DNA of 32,000 bases from Saccharolobus solfataricus (lineage in GTDB: Archaea; Thermoproteota; Thermoprotei_A; Sulfolobales; Sulfolobaceae), in assembly GCF_900079115.1 (NCBI RefSeq), contig NZ_LT549890.1, forward strand, positions 1,470,001 through 1,502,000, written 5' to 3'. This document shows, piece by piece, positions 10,108 to 19,318 of the stretch (position 1 is its first letter; each line of letters starts with the position of its first letter). The position numbers and the translations under genes were made by a program. Below the pieces are notes generated by a model, which was given only the letters and a program-made list of their open reading frames with translations, was not told the origin of the DNA and searched no databases.

Positions 10108-10417
10108 AATAGATATATCTACTTGATGATACTAAACTTTTACTCCTCAAATAGAGTACTTTTACGATCATTAATCGTACAGTATAAACGAAAAGTGAAA
10201 TATTATTCATCTACTACGTAGAGTTAACATCATATTGTAAAATATTACCTCGTAAGTTAATAAAAACCACCAAGCACATCAGTGATGTTTCACCAATTTT
10301 ACTAGAAATGATATATTTTATTGAAGAGAAAAAGGCGGAGAAAGAGGAAGTGGAAAATCAGAGAAGACGATTAGAGAAACTAATGGGCATATGGTAAGAA
10401 TTGATTGATGTATGCTT

Positions 10418-10475
10418 AGTTGATATATTGAATATATTTTACGTTAAACTGGTATTATATTCCTTTCAATTAATG
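10418..10475 (-). repeat. Short copy (core only) of the intergenic repeat family, inverted orientation
   Basis: Reverse complement reads cattaaTTGAAAGGAATATAATAccagtttaacgtaaaATATATTCAATATATCAACTAag. Confidence 0.65.
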
Positions 10476-10590
10476 ATAAGATACGCTATTTAGACTTATG
10501 ATGTCTCTTAACTCATTTGCGGAAACTCGACATATCCACAAACCATCATATAGAAGAATATTTTTATTCTTTAATCTATTAAAGTAATTT

Positions 10591-11238
10591 ATGGAAAAGC
10601 TGTCATTAATATCTGCAGATCTCGTACATCCTGATTGTTGGACTGAACGTACTGAAAAATACCTCGTCAATGTCAAACTATTATCTCAGCAATTCAGTGA
10701 CGATAAGTTTTTCGTCTCCAAAGTTTTGATTTTAGGCAAAGATTCCAGAAACCTAATTGACGAGCTTAAGAATTTTAAAGGGGTTAAAATAAATAAATTA
10801 TATTGCTTGGATGAAGATTCTTTTGTAATGGACTTCATTTATCCTAGATACAATTCTGTTTCTAGCTTATTTTATGATACCAATTCCATAGTTATATCTC
10901 ATAGAATAGTTGATGGTATAGAAAAATGGAAGATAATTGCTAGCTCCTCAATGGTAAGTCACATATTGGAGAAATTAGAGAATACCACTAATTTGATAGA
11001 TTTTAAAGAAATAAATCTAAAGAAATTGGAAAGACTATTGGATAAGTTAACGGATAGGAATTTAAGTTTTCTTAAAATTGCCCATAAGCAAGGTTTATTT
11101 GATTATCCTAAGCGTAAAACTCTATTATCCTTGAGTAAGGAGCTAGGAATCAAACCTAATACGCTTCTCTATCATATAAGAAAGTCTGAAAGTTCGTTGT
11201 TGGAGATCTTGATAGATGAGTACTATAGTTTATTATAG
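10591..11238 (+). CDS. HTH_10 (bacterio-opsin-activator-type) transcriptional regulator
   Basis: 215 aa. C-terminal LTDRNLSFLKIAHKQGLFDYPKRKTLLSLSKELGIKPNTLLYHIRKSESSLL matches the Bat-type HTH pattern (LT.rq...L..A...GYfd.PR...l.eLA..LGis..t...HLR.ae.kl). Confidence 0.65.
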   Translation: MEKLSLISADLVHPDCWTERTEKYLVNVKLLSQQFSDDKFFVSKVLILGKDSRNLIDELKNFKGVKINKLYCLDEDSFVMDFIYPRYNSVSSLFYDTNSIVISHRIVDGIEKWKIIASSSMVSHILEKLENTTNLIDFKEINLKKLERLLDKLTDRNLSFLKIAHKQGLFDYPKRKTLLSLSKELGIKPNTLLYHIRKSESSLLEILIDEYYSLL

Positions 11239-11273
11239 TAAATTTTTTAAATAACAAGAAACTTGTTTATGAT

Positions 11274-12083
11274 ATGAGTGTAAGTAAAATTTACCTTTTA
11301 GATCACGGAAAAATTAGCGCAGATCTAGCGTGGTTCCTTCCGAATCCAATGACAATAGAGGACATGAAGAATCCTAAACCTCGAAATTGGGTTGACGTAA
11401 GTGTAATGAGTGCAGTAATTGAACATAAGGATGGCGTAATACTCTTCGATACTGGAATACCAGATAATGTAAGTGGGAAATGGCCTCAGATTGCGTTGAG
11501 TGTATTTCCAGTTACTAAATATTCAGAAGAAAATAAAATGGAAAATCAGTTAAAGAAAATTGGGTATAAACCAGAAGATATACACTTTATAATACTTTCT
11601 CATTTACATTTGGATCATACTGGAAGTCTAGAGCTATTTAAGAACTCTAAACCTGATGTAATTGTTCACGAGAAAGAATTAAAGTACGCATTACTAAATT
11701 TGTGGTTAAATAAACCTGTTCCTTATCTATTAAGAGATTTAGAGATCTTACGAGAAATGAACATTGTCCCAATGTCTACCGAGTATTTGGAAATACTGCC
11801 CGGCGTTGAATTGCTCTTGATTGGGGGACATACACCTGGGTCAATATTGCTAAAGGTAAGAACGCAAAATGATAACAATTATATATTTACTGGAGATTTC
11901 ATACATGTCCCAGAAGAATTAAGCTTTGAAAGTAAAGGCTGGTTATTGGGCAATGCAGAAGAATACTATACTAGAATAAGGCTTCTTAAATCAATGCAAA
12001 AGTTACCTAGAACGAATATAATAATCTCACATGATCCGAAACTATGGGAGAAGTATCCAAAAGCTCCAAAAGAACTAAAATAG
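11274..12083 (+). CDS. Metallo-beta-lactamase-fold hydrolase, N-acyl-homoserine-lactonase-like
   Basis: 269 aa. HLHLDHTG (HxHxDH), GGHTPGS, TGDFIH and ISHD metal-ligand motifs in canonical order. Confidence 0.75.
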   Translation: MSVSKIYLLDHGKISADLAWFLPNPMTIEDMKNPKPRNWVDVSVMSAVIEHKDGVILFDTGIPDNVSGKWPQIALSVFPVTKYSEENKMENQLKKIGYKPEDIHFIILSHLHLDHTGSLELFKNSKPDVIVHEKELKYALLNLWLNKPVPYLLRDLEILREMNIVPMSTEYLEILPGVELLLIGGHTPGSILLKVRTQNDNNYIFTGDFIHVPEELSFESKGWLLGNAEEYYTRIRLLKSMQKLPRTNIIISHDPKLWEKYPKAPKELK

Positions 12084-12139
12084 TTCATAAATTAGACTAG
12101 AGGATTATGGAATTTCCAGAGAAAATGAAAGAGGAAATT

Positions 12140-12270
12140 TAAGCCTTGTGAATCTATTGAATATTTTTTACAGAATTTCTATTATCTCCTTTTCAATTAA
12201 TCTCAGAATTTACAATTGGTGTTTGTAATACCCCTCAATTCTTTGTAAAAATTCGATAAGTATATAAAGT
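12140..12270 (-). repeat. Degenerate, internally deleted copy of the intergenic repeat family, inverted orientation
   Basis: Reverse complement contains TTGAAAAGGAGATAATAGaaattctgtaaaaAATATTCAATAGATTCAC. The adjacent ctcaattc...tttgtaaaaatt resembles the internal part of the 225-bp copies. Confidence 0.5.
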
Positions 12271-12316
12271 TAGAAATTTACTAATTTTTAAAAATCTTCA
12301 AACACGTTTGCAGTAT

Positions 12317-13549
12317 TTATTTCGTCTTATTGGATAGTTCTAATACTAATAGTCCTAAAACCTTGATGGAATCCAGTAGGTCCTTCACATATATGTACTC
12401 ATCATTAGCATGAGCTAGCTCAATTCTTCCTGGACCGTAATTAATACTTTTTATCCCTTCATTAATAGTGAATCTAATATCAAATGTCCCTGCTGATAAT
12501 ACGGTTCTAGCCTCAACTCCTCTTACCTCTCTAATCTTTTCCCTCAATGCACTTATTAATCTCTCATCATCGCAACGCATAGTATTTACCGCATAAAATT
12601 CGTCATATTCGTACCTTACTCCAGTACTTTTACTTATGTTATCCAAAACCCTAATTATGCTATGTCTCACCTCCTCTAAATTTTCCTCTGGGATTAGCCT
12701 TCTTACTATACTAAATTCACAATAGTCCGCTACCGTATTTACCCATGTTCCGCATTTAACCACGCCAACTAATATGGTAGGCTTTTTACCCGACTCTGGA
12801 GATATCTCGTATTTAGATACAATATCGGGAATTGCCTTATAAAGCTCTTCTATCATTAGGGAGGTAGCTTTAACCGCATCGATTCCCAACTGTGGAAACC
12901 CACCATGACTTTTCTTACCATAAACCCTTACAATAGCCCATATTGCACCCCTATGACCATTACACACATTATCTGGCCCAGTAGGCTCAGTGAATATGAC
13001 GTAATTTACATTCTTAAATATACCCTTTTGGACCAAATAATAAGTTCCTGCATTCCTATTACCGACAGTTTCCTCATCTGGAACAATTGTTTGAATCACT
13101 TGGATATTTGATGGTAACAGTTTAGCTCTCCTTAACATCTCTATTGCGTAAATTTGCGCAACTATACCAGACTTCATATCTGAGGCACCTCTCCCGTAAA
13201 TTTTACCGTCCTTCTCTATTCCTTTATAGGGATCTACACTCCATCCCTCTCCTGCAGGGACTACATCGTAATGAGCGTTAAAGGCTATTCTATTGTTACC
13301 ATTACCTAAATATCCAACTAGATTAGGTCTTTTACCATAACCAAATCTAATCAGACTTTTCAACTCTTCATCAGTGGGCTCTATTACTTGAGTTTTATAA
13401 CCAAATTCATCCAATTTATTTTTTATAACATTAACAATTTTCTCATAATTCAATCCAGGGGGATTCTCAGTGGGGATTCTTATCAACTCCTTTAAAAAAT
13501 CGACTATCTCCCCTCTTAGTTCTTCAATAATCTCATCAATTTTTGACAT
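12317..13549 (-). CDS. M20-family metallopeptidase (ArgE/DapE/carboxypeptidase-G2-like deacylase)
   Basis: 410 aa. AHYDVVPAGEGW, GRGASDMKSG and PDEETVG motifs. Confidence 0.85.
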   Translation of the reverse strand: MSKIDEIIEELRGEIVDFLKELIRIPTENPPGLNYEKIVNVIKNKLDEFGYKTQVIEPTDEELKSLIRFGYGKRPNLVGYLGNGNNRIAFNAHYDVVPAGEGWSVDPYKGIEKDGKIYGRGASDMKSGIVAQIYAIEMLRRAKLLPSNIQVIQTIVPDEETVGNRNAGTYYLVQKGIFKNVNYVIFTEPTGPDNVCNGHRGAIWAIVRVYGKKSHGGFPQLGIDAVKATSLMIEELYKAIPDIVSKYEISPESGKKPTILVGVVKCGTWVNTVADYCEFSIVRRLIPEENLEEVRHSIIRVLDNISKSTGVRYEYDEFYAVNTMRCDDERLISALREKIREVRGVEARTVLSAGTFDIRFTINEGIKSINYGPGRIELAHANDEYIYVKDLLDSIKVLGLLVLELSNKTK

Positions 13550-13627
13550 ATATTTAATTAAAAATTTCCCCTTAATAATGTTTTGCGGGCAAAACTTTAG
13601 AAGTATACAGAAATTTATAATTAATCA

Positions 13628-13708
13628 TTAGTATTTTGGAAAAGTTCTTAGACTATGATCTAGTGGTATATCCTTTGCCTAAAGCTATAAACTTTCTGAA
13701 AGCACTAA
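13628..13708 (-). mobile_element. ~80-bp MITE, copy A (inverted relative to copies B and C)
   Basis: Reverse complement is near-identical to 20582-20663 and 30836-30916. Short terminal inverted repeat TTAGT...ACTAA. Confidence 0.8.
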
Positions 13709-13749
13709 CGTTAAGGATGCTCTGTGAACTTGTTGATTTTTCTTGAGCC

Positions 13750-13846
13750 TTTGAAGGTATTTTTAAACATAAATTGCACATCTGATCATTAGTTGAAAGG
13801 AAGATAATAGTAATTTAGTGGAAAATGTTCAACAGATCAACTAGGC
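13750..13846 (+). repeat. Partial copy of the intergenic repeat family (core plus short internal remnant)
   Basis: cattagTTGAAAGGAAGATAATAGtaatttagtggaaAATGTTCAACAGATCAACTAgg. Confidence 0.65.
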
Positions 13847-14040
13847 GTTAAAAACATGCTTTGTGGACTATTTCAAATTTTATAGGGATCAACGCTAAAC
13901 CCATTTTCAAATCGACGTCGAATTTTGAATTTAGGAGTATACAATGAGTTTAACATATTATAAAATTGAAGTGATCCACAAAGTTTTAAAAACAGAAAAA
14001 TTTTTAAATTGTTTATATTAGTATATATTGAAGATACAAA

Positions 14041-15333
14041 GTGGTATACGGCCTAAATAAACAACAATGGCTAGCAGTGTTCTCTACATGGTTAGGATGG
14101 TTAATGGATGGTTATACTTCTATAGCTTATGCTCTAGTTGCAGTTACTATTTCGAAAATATTTTTCCCTTCAACCATAGGAATTCTAGGTTTAATAGCCA
14201 CTTTTGGAGGATTCGCAGTTGGTGCATTAGCTAGGCCCGTAGGATCTTTAGTGTTTGGAAATTTCATAGGAGATAAGATAGGTAGGAAAAATATGTTAGT
14301 TCTAACGATTTTAGGTTTTTCCTTAATAGCCTCTTCTAAAGCCCTATTACCTTCATACGAAACCGCGGGAATTTTAGCTCCACTATTTCTTTACATCATA
14401 TTATTTGCTGAGGGCATGTTTGCAGGTGCAGAATATGGAGGAGGAACCACATTGGCGTTAGAGTCTGTACCTGTAGGCAAGAGAGGATTTATTGGCTCTT
14501 TTGTGCAAAGTGGTTTTGGTACAGGTTATTTCGTAATATCGTTAGTATACTCAGCTCTGTATAGTATGTTTGGGAATGAAGGATTCCAAACTTTAGGATG
14601 GAGAGTCCTTTTTGCAACTTGCATATTGCCTGGATTAATTACGTTAATAATTAGAAAAATGACAGACGAAAGTCCAATCTTTAAGGATATGAAAAGTGGG
14701 AATGAAGTGGTCAAGATACCTATAAAGGAGTTGTTCAAAATGTCTTATTCCTCAGTATTAATAGGGTTAATGATAACAAGTGGATTGTTATACATAAACA
14801 CTGCTACCTTTTCTTTCTATCCTACAGTGTTGACTATTCAAGGAATACCAGGGACAATTGTGGGATTAAGCGTTGCTATAATAAATTTGGTTTCCCTTTT
14901 TGGAGTTTGGTTTGGCGGATTTCTAGCTGATGTCATTAAAAGGGGAAGAAAAGTTCCAATGCTAATTTATTCAATAATATTCATTTTCACCGTATACCCA
15001 GTTTTGTATCTGGGATTGCTAAAGAACGTGTATTTATCCACTATCGTATTTAGCTTACAAGCATTTTTAGAAGCTATGATATTCTCCACTTTACCTGCAT
15101 TTCTTGCAGAACAGTTTAGTAAAAAATATAGAACTACGGGAGTAGGATTTACATATAATGGGGGAGCAATAGGAGGTGGTTTTGCTATATCTGCTACTTT
15201 AGCGTTATCAACGTACTTAGGCTTACTTTACTCATGGTCGATAAACATTATTATAGCTGGGATAATAATGATAATGGGTATTGTCTTAGCAAAAGAAACT
15301 TATACTGGAAAAGAAGATCCAATTTTGAGGTGA
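14041..15333 (+). CDS. MFS transporter (metabolite:H+ symporter-like)
   Basis: 430 aa, GTG start. Motif A GNFIGDKIGRKNMLVL. About 12 hydrophobic segments. TATA-like tttatatta lies ~25-30 nt upstream of the start. Confidence 0.85.
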   Translation: MVYGLNKQQWLAVFSTWLGWLMDGYTSIAYALVAVTISKIFFPSTIGILGLIATFGGFAVGALARPVGSLVFGNFIGDKIGRKNMLVLTILGFSLIASSKALLPSYETAGILAPLFLYIILFAEGMFAGAEYGGGTTLALESVPVGKRGFIGSFVQSGFGTGYFVISLVYSALYSMFGNEGFQTLGWRVLFATCILPGLITLIIRKMTDESPIFKDMKSGNEVVKIPIKELFKMSYSSVLIGLMITSGLLYINTATFSFYPTVLTIQGIPGTIVGLSVAIINLVSLFGVWFGGFLADVIKRGRKVPMLIYSIIFIFTVYPVLYLGLLKNVYLSTIVFSLQAFLEAMIFSTLPAFLAEQFSKKYRTTGVGFTYNGGAIGGGFAISATLALSTYLGLLYSWSINIIIAGIIMIMGIVLAKETYTGKEDPILR

Positions 15334-15337
15334 GATT

Positions 15338-16186
15338 TTGAAAATAGGTATAAATGGAATAAAAGTAGGTGGATATACTGATGAGAAGTCCAAGTCTGGA
15401 GTTACAGTAATATTAAGCGAGATTGAAAATAATACTGCAGGGATTTCTCAAAGAGGAGGGTCACCTGCAACTTTGGGTACAGATTTGCTAAGACCGAAAC
15501 ATAGAGGTAATCAATCAGTAAATGCAATAGTGTTAACTGGAAGAAGTGTTTTCGGAATAAGAGTAGTTGATGCGGTTTTAATGAAGTTGTTTGAATTGGG
15601 AGTAGGGTTTAAAATATCTCAAAACCTAAAAATTCCAATCGTGGTCTCGGCATCTATATTTGACTTTTACGATAACACTATTATGCCTACTCCGGATTGG
15701 GGATATAACGCCATGAGCAATTTAGGCTATGACATACCGATAGGTAGATATTGGGCTGGTAGAGGTGCAACAGTCGGAAAGCTTAAGGGAATAAAATATG
15801 CTAAACCATCTGGACAAGGCTATTATGAGATAGAAAACAACAACTTAAAAATAGGTGTTATTTCGGTGGTGAATAGTATAGGTAATATATACGATGAAAA
15901 GGGGGAATTATTAGTAGGAGAAGAAACCGAAGAGTTCAAAATCAATACTCCGGGAACTACGTTAGGCGTTGTAATAACTAACTCAAAGTTAAATAACTCA
16001 GACGCTTGTAGAGTTGCCAGCAGTGCAGAAAATGGATTTTCCTCAGTGATAAAACCATATAACCTTTCTCTTGATGGAGATACAGTATTCACTATAGCAA
16101 CTAATGAAATGGAGGTCCCAGTGGACAAAGTAATAGCACTAACCTACGAAGCATCTAGGGAATCAGTACTCTCCATTTTCAAGTGA
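15338..16186 (+). CDS. DmpA/S58 (P1-family) peptidase-like protein (L-aminopeptidase/D-esterase family)
   Basis: 282 aa, TTG start 4 nt after the MFS stop, with GGTGA at 15328-15332 upstream. N-terminus IKVGGYTDEKSKSGVTVIL is typical of the family. Confidence 0.68.
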   Translation: MKIGINGIKVGGYTDEKSKSGVTVILSEIENNTAGISQRGGSPATLGTDLLRPKHRGNQSVNAIVLTGRSVFGIRVVDAVLMKLFELGVGFKISQNLKIPIVVSASIFDFYDNTIMPTPDWGYNAMSNLGYDIPIGRYWAGRGATVGKLKGIKYAKPSGQGYYEIENNNLKIGVISVVNSIGNIYDEKGELLVGEETEEFKINTPGTTLGVVITNSKLNNSDACRVASSAENGFSSVIKPYNLSLDGDTVFTIATNEMEVPVDKVIALTYEASRESVLSIFK

Positions 16187-16950
16187 TAAGAATGGAACTA
16201 TTTTCACTGAAAGGTAGAACTGCTGTAGTAATAGGAGCTGGAAGCGGAATTGGGAAGGCTATAGCCAAACTATTTACAGATTTAGGAGGAAAAGTAGTCG
16301 CTAGTGACGTAAAAGGCTTAGAGGATCTCCAAAGCACATATGACACATTCAAGGCAGATATAACTAATGTTAATGATGTGAGACAATTAGTAGAATTTAG
16401 TCTAAACAAACTAGGTGAAATTTACGCTCTATATATAACCCCTTCCATTAACATTAGGAAACGAATAGAGAATTACACATTGGATGAGTTCGATAGAGTT
16501 GTCAATCTAAACCTTAGAGGAAACTTCATAGTATTAAAGGAATTTCTAAAAGTTATGAAGGAAAACAAAAACGGAGGCAGCATCGTACTCTTTTCATCGA
16601 TAAGACATCTAGTTACGGAACCTGGACAAGCAGTATATGCATCAACTAAAGCTGCAATAGTCCAGTTAGCCAAAACAGCAGCTGCAGAATATGGTAAATA
16701 CGGGTTAAGAGTTAACGTTATAGCACCAGGGGTTGTCGATACTCCATTTACACAACAGATAAAGAATAATCCTGAATGGTATAGAGCATATACTGAGAAA
16801 ACAATTCTCAAGAGATGGGCTGATCCGATGGAAATAGCAAGTGTCGCAGTGTTCCTAGCTATGCCAGCCTCATCTTACATAACGGGTACAGTCATTTATG
16901 TAGATGGAGGATGGACCGCCATAGATGGAAGATATGAACCAGATATCTAA
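16183..16950 (+). CDS. Short-chain dehydrogenase/reductase (SDR)
   Basis: GAGSGIGKA Rossmann motif and YASTKAA catalytic motif. The GTG at 16183 overlaps the upstream stop (GTGA). The ATG at 16192 is an alternative start. Confidence 0.9.
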   Translation: MIRMELFSLKGRTAVVIGAGSGIGKAIAKLFTDLGGKVVASDVKGLEDLQSTYDTFKADITNVNDVRQLVEFSLNKLGEIYALYITPSINIRKRIENYTLDEFDRVVNLNLRGNFIVLKEFLKVMKENKNGGSIVLFSSIRHLVTEPGQAVYASTKAAIVQLAKTAAAEYGKYGLRVNVIAPGVVDTPFTQQIKNNPEWYRAYTEKTILKRWADPMEIASVAVFLAMPASSYITGTVIYVDGGWTAIDGRYEPDI

Positions 16951-17047
16951 AATCACAGTAGAAATATTATTTTAACGTAGTTTAAAGATTTCCATCAGCC
17001 CGCTACCGGTCATTTTACAAAATGTTGAAAGCCTCGTCCCTTCTCAA

Positions 17048-18180
17048 TAGACCCAAAATCACATCCCTAAAAATAAATCTATAGTATTAATAAGCGTTTT
17101 CTCTGGCTTAAATAGAGAATTTTCCAGATTGAATAAATCATCAGGAAACAAAAGGATAAGCAATAACCTAAACTCCTCCCTCCTCACCACACCCTTAAAT
17201 AAGGAGTAAAGAACCATAGCACGAAGATCAACACGCGGAAGACGAACCTAGTGGAACTGGTGAAGGGAAGGAAAGCCTTTATGTCCCTGTAAGAGGTCCC
17301 TATCGTACTCCTTACCTTGTTGTACAACACCTCATTCTTCGGTAGGTCAAGATTAGTCCTCCTAGCGAAGTAAACAACCTCCTTCTTTCTCCTCTTGATC
17401 TCCCTACTATAGACCAGAAGCCTGAACTTAACTTACTCATCCTCACTATGCCTCTTACTATTCGTAACATATTCACCATCAAACTCCTCATAGATCTTGA
17501 CATCGCCAACGGGAACTCCAAATTATATAATTGAACCTAAATGAAGTTGAGCACATCAACTGTGTAGAAGCCATCAAGAGTTATCAACCTTATCTTGAAC
17601 CCCATTGCAATTGCTCCACGAGGATCTTCACGATATTATCCTTGGTCATCCCGTTCACTTGTGTGACGAAAGCCAGTAGGCCATCATGTGTAGTAGTATA
17701 GTTCCACGAGTTTCCCTTTTCTGAGTCCTTTCACCGGTTTTCCGTACCAAGTTTTAGTGGTCCAGTCTATTTCCTTTTCTCCTTTCATCGTCTCCAAGGA
17801 TTCCTCACTTGTTTCAAGAGTTTCTCAACTATCCACTCCTTGCTCCTCCGCGTAGTTTCTCACGGTTTGTGGTGATATGTTGTACGCGCTTGACTTGCTC
17901 TCTATGGAGTCGTTCCATAAACATGCTGAGATTAATGTTTTTCTAGGTTTTCTGCCTTTTTCCCTTGGAAGTTTAACATGGAAAGTAATTTATATCTTGC
18001 TTGTTGACTATTTAATGAGGGAATTGGTATTCTCATGAACCCTCATGGTAATACCGATTTCCTCGCTTTAAACCTTTTTTCCAATTTATTGGATTCTTAA
18101 TGTTGTTATAAACTTGATTATGTTAAATAGATCTAATATTATTCAATCCAAATTATTTTTATAAAATGATTTTGGGTCTA
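17048..18180 (-). mobile_element. Degenerate ~1.13-kb insertion sequence with perfect 14-bp terminal inverted repeats; DDE-type transposase reduced to frameshifted fragments
   Basis: TAGACCCAAAATCA at 17048-17061 and its exact reverse complement at 18167-18180. Minus-strand fragments in several frames: ...SAYNISPQTVRNYAEEQG (HTH-like), LITLDGFYTVDVLNF, YFARRTNLDLPKNEVLYNKVRSTIGTSYRDIKAFLPFT. Visibly GC-richer than its flanks. Confidence 0.75.
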
Positions 18181-18212
18181 CCGTTTAGGGCAGGCAGGAG
18201 TCAGAAAAACGA

Positions 18213-19283
18213 TTAAGAAAAGGCTAAACTAATTAGAGGCTCTGAAGGGCAATATTTTTCACCCTCCTTAATTATCCATGAGTGTTTTGTTAATTGTGTT
18301 AAATAGTTATAAATTTCTGAGTCAGATATTTCTATTCCCTCTTCCAATTCCAAAGCCCTCTTGACATCACTCCATTTACCGCATTTTGATAAGGTCCTCA
18401 TTATATTTAAATACCTCTTTCTAGCGATTTCTCTGCCATGTAGAAAATTCTCAAATTCCTTTAAGATAAGCTTTTTAGCGTACTCCAATGTTTGATTTAT
18501 TGCAAAATCTAAATTCTTATTATCTAAATAGATAAAACCAAAGTAGGTTAGCCAACCTGGTATTCCTCCAATTTTCTCATAAACGACTTCGTAATCCTTA
18601 AAATCAATATCTGCCTCTTGAAAACCTCTCCTCAAAAACTCTATAGCTTCTTCTCTAGAAAAGGGCTTTAATTCAACCGTTGAAAAGGCTCTCCCGAAAA
18701 GCGGACTTTCTGGATCTTCAACTCTTAAGTAATCGTAAAGCAAACCCATCTCTGAACCACTCATAATAAATTTAATTCGCTTTAAATTATCATACGCATA
18801 AGCTAGTGCTGGTAAAAGATTAACTCCTCTTAACTTAACCAGCTCCTGAGCCTCATCAAGGACAATAATCACATTATCCTTTGATGCCTGCTCAAAGCTC
18901 TCCAATAAATTCGCAAAACTTAACCTATCCTTCCTATTCCAATTGAACTTAATTTCATTTCCCATTATCACAATCCCTTGAATGTTTTTTAGCGCCTTCA
19001 GTAATGAAGGAAGTCTTTTTACCAACTTGTTAATCTCCTTTTGAAGTTCAAGTAGGAAATCCTTATAGGAAATGTAATTTCTCTCTTCGAATTTTCTTAG
19101 ATCCAGATAGATGTAAGGGAGATTTAACTCATTTATTCCTATCTTTATTATGGATGATTTCCCTGTTCTTCTCAATCCTAAAACTAAGGTTATTGGCGCC
19201 CTCAATCCTTTCAACTTCTCAATTTCTTTTTCTCTATCAAAGAAATCTTTTCTGTTATCCTTAGGTGAAGTATCGAATAGCAC
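18213..19283 (-). CDS. Archaeal ATPase (Arch_ATPase/PF01637-like P-loop protein)
   Basis: 356 aa. N-terminal MLFD...FFDREKEIEKL, Walker A GLRRTGKSS, Walker B IIVLDEAQ. GTG start. Confidence 0.8.
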   Translation of the reverse strand: MLFDTSPKDNRKDFFDREKEIEKLKGLRAPITLVLGLRRTGKSSIIKIGINELNLPYIYLDLRKFEERNYISYKDFLLELQKEINKLVKRLPSLLKALKNIQGIVIMGNEIKFNWNRKDRLSFANLLESFEQASKDNVIIVLDEAQELVKLRGVNLLPALAYAYDNLKRIKFIMSGSEMGLLYDYLRVEDPESPLFGRAFSTVELKPFSREEAIEFLRRGFQEADIDFKDYEVVYEKIGGIPGWLTYFGFIYLDNKNLDFAINQTLEYAKKLILKEFENFLHGREIARKRYLNIMRTLSKCGKWSDVKRALELEEGIEISDSEIYNYLTQLTKHSWIIKEGEKYCPSEPLISLAFS

Positions 19284-19318
19284 TTCTACCCCCAGAAGTA
19301 ACTTCTACCCCCAGAAGT
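19282..19318. promoter_or_regulatory. Two tandem 19-bp-spaced copies of the palindromic unit ACTTCT-ACCCCC-AGAAGT, abutting the ATPase start codon
   Basis: 19282-19299 and 19301-19318 are identical. Each has 6-bp inverted arms. A TTTTTTAA tract on the gene strand follows immediately upstream. Confidence 0.45.

Noticed and set aside
8933-10210. ORFs 8933-9127, 9669-10067 and 9956-10210 overlapping the 474-aa MFS gene
   Set aside because: They are antisense or out-of-frame to a well-supported transporter gene, with no recognisable motifs.
10309-10392. 27-codon ORF MIYFIEEKKAEKEEVENQRRRLEKLMGIW starting in the 45-nt shared sequence
   Set aside because: It is short, and its homologous copy at 19.5 kb stops after two codons. 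It is more likely a fossil fragment.
10470-10676. 68-aa minus-strand ORF overlapping the start of the HTH_10 regulator
   Set aside because: It overlaps the better-supported plus-strand gene and the repeat core, and has no motifs.
12905-16811. Antisense ORFs 12905-13111, 14526-14738, 15823-16128, 16179-16409 and 16473-16811
   Set aside because: They lie inside the M20, MFS, DmpA-like and SDR genes on the opposite strand, with shadow-ORF composition.
17312-17521. 69-aa ORF inside the degenerate IS
   Set aside because: It is one frame fragment of the shattered transposase, read partly out of frame, and not an independent gene.
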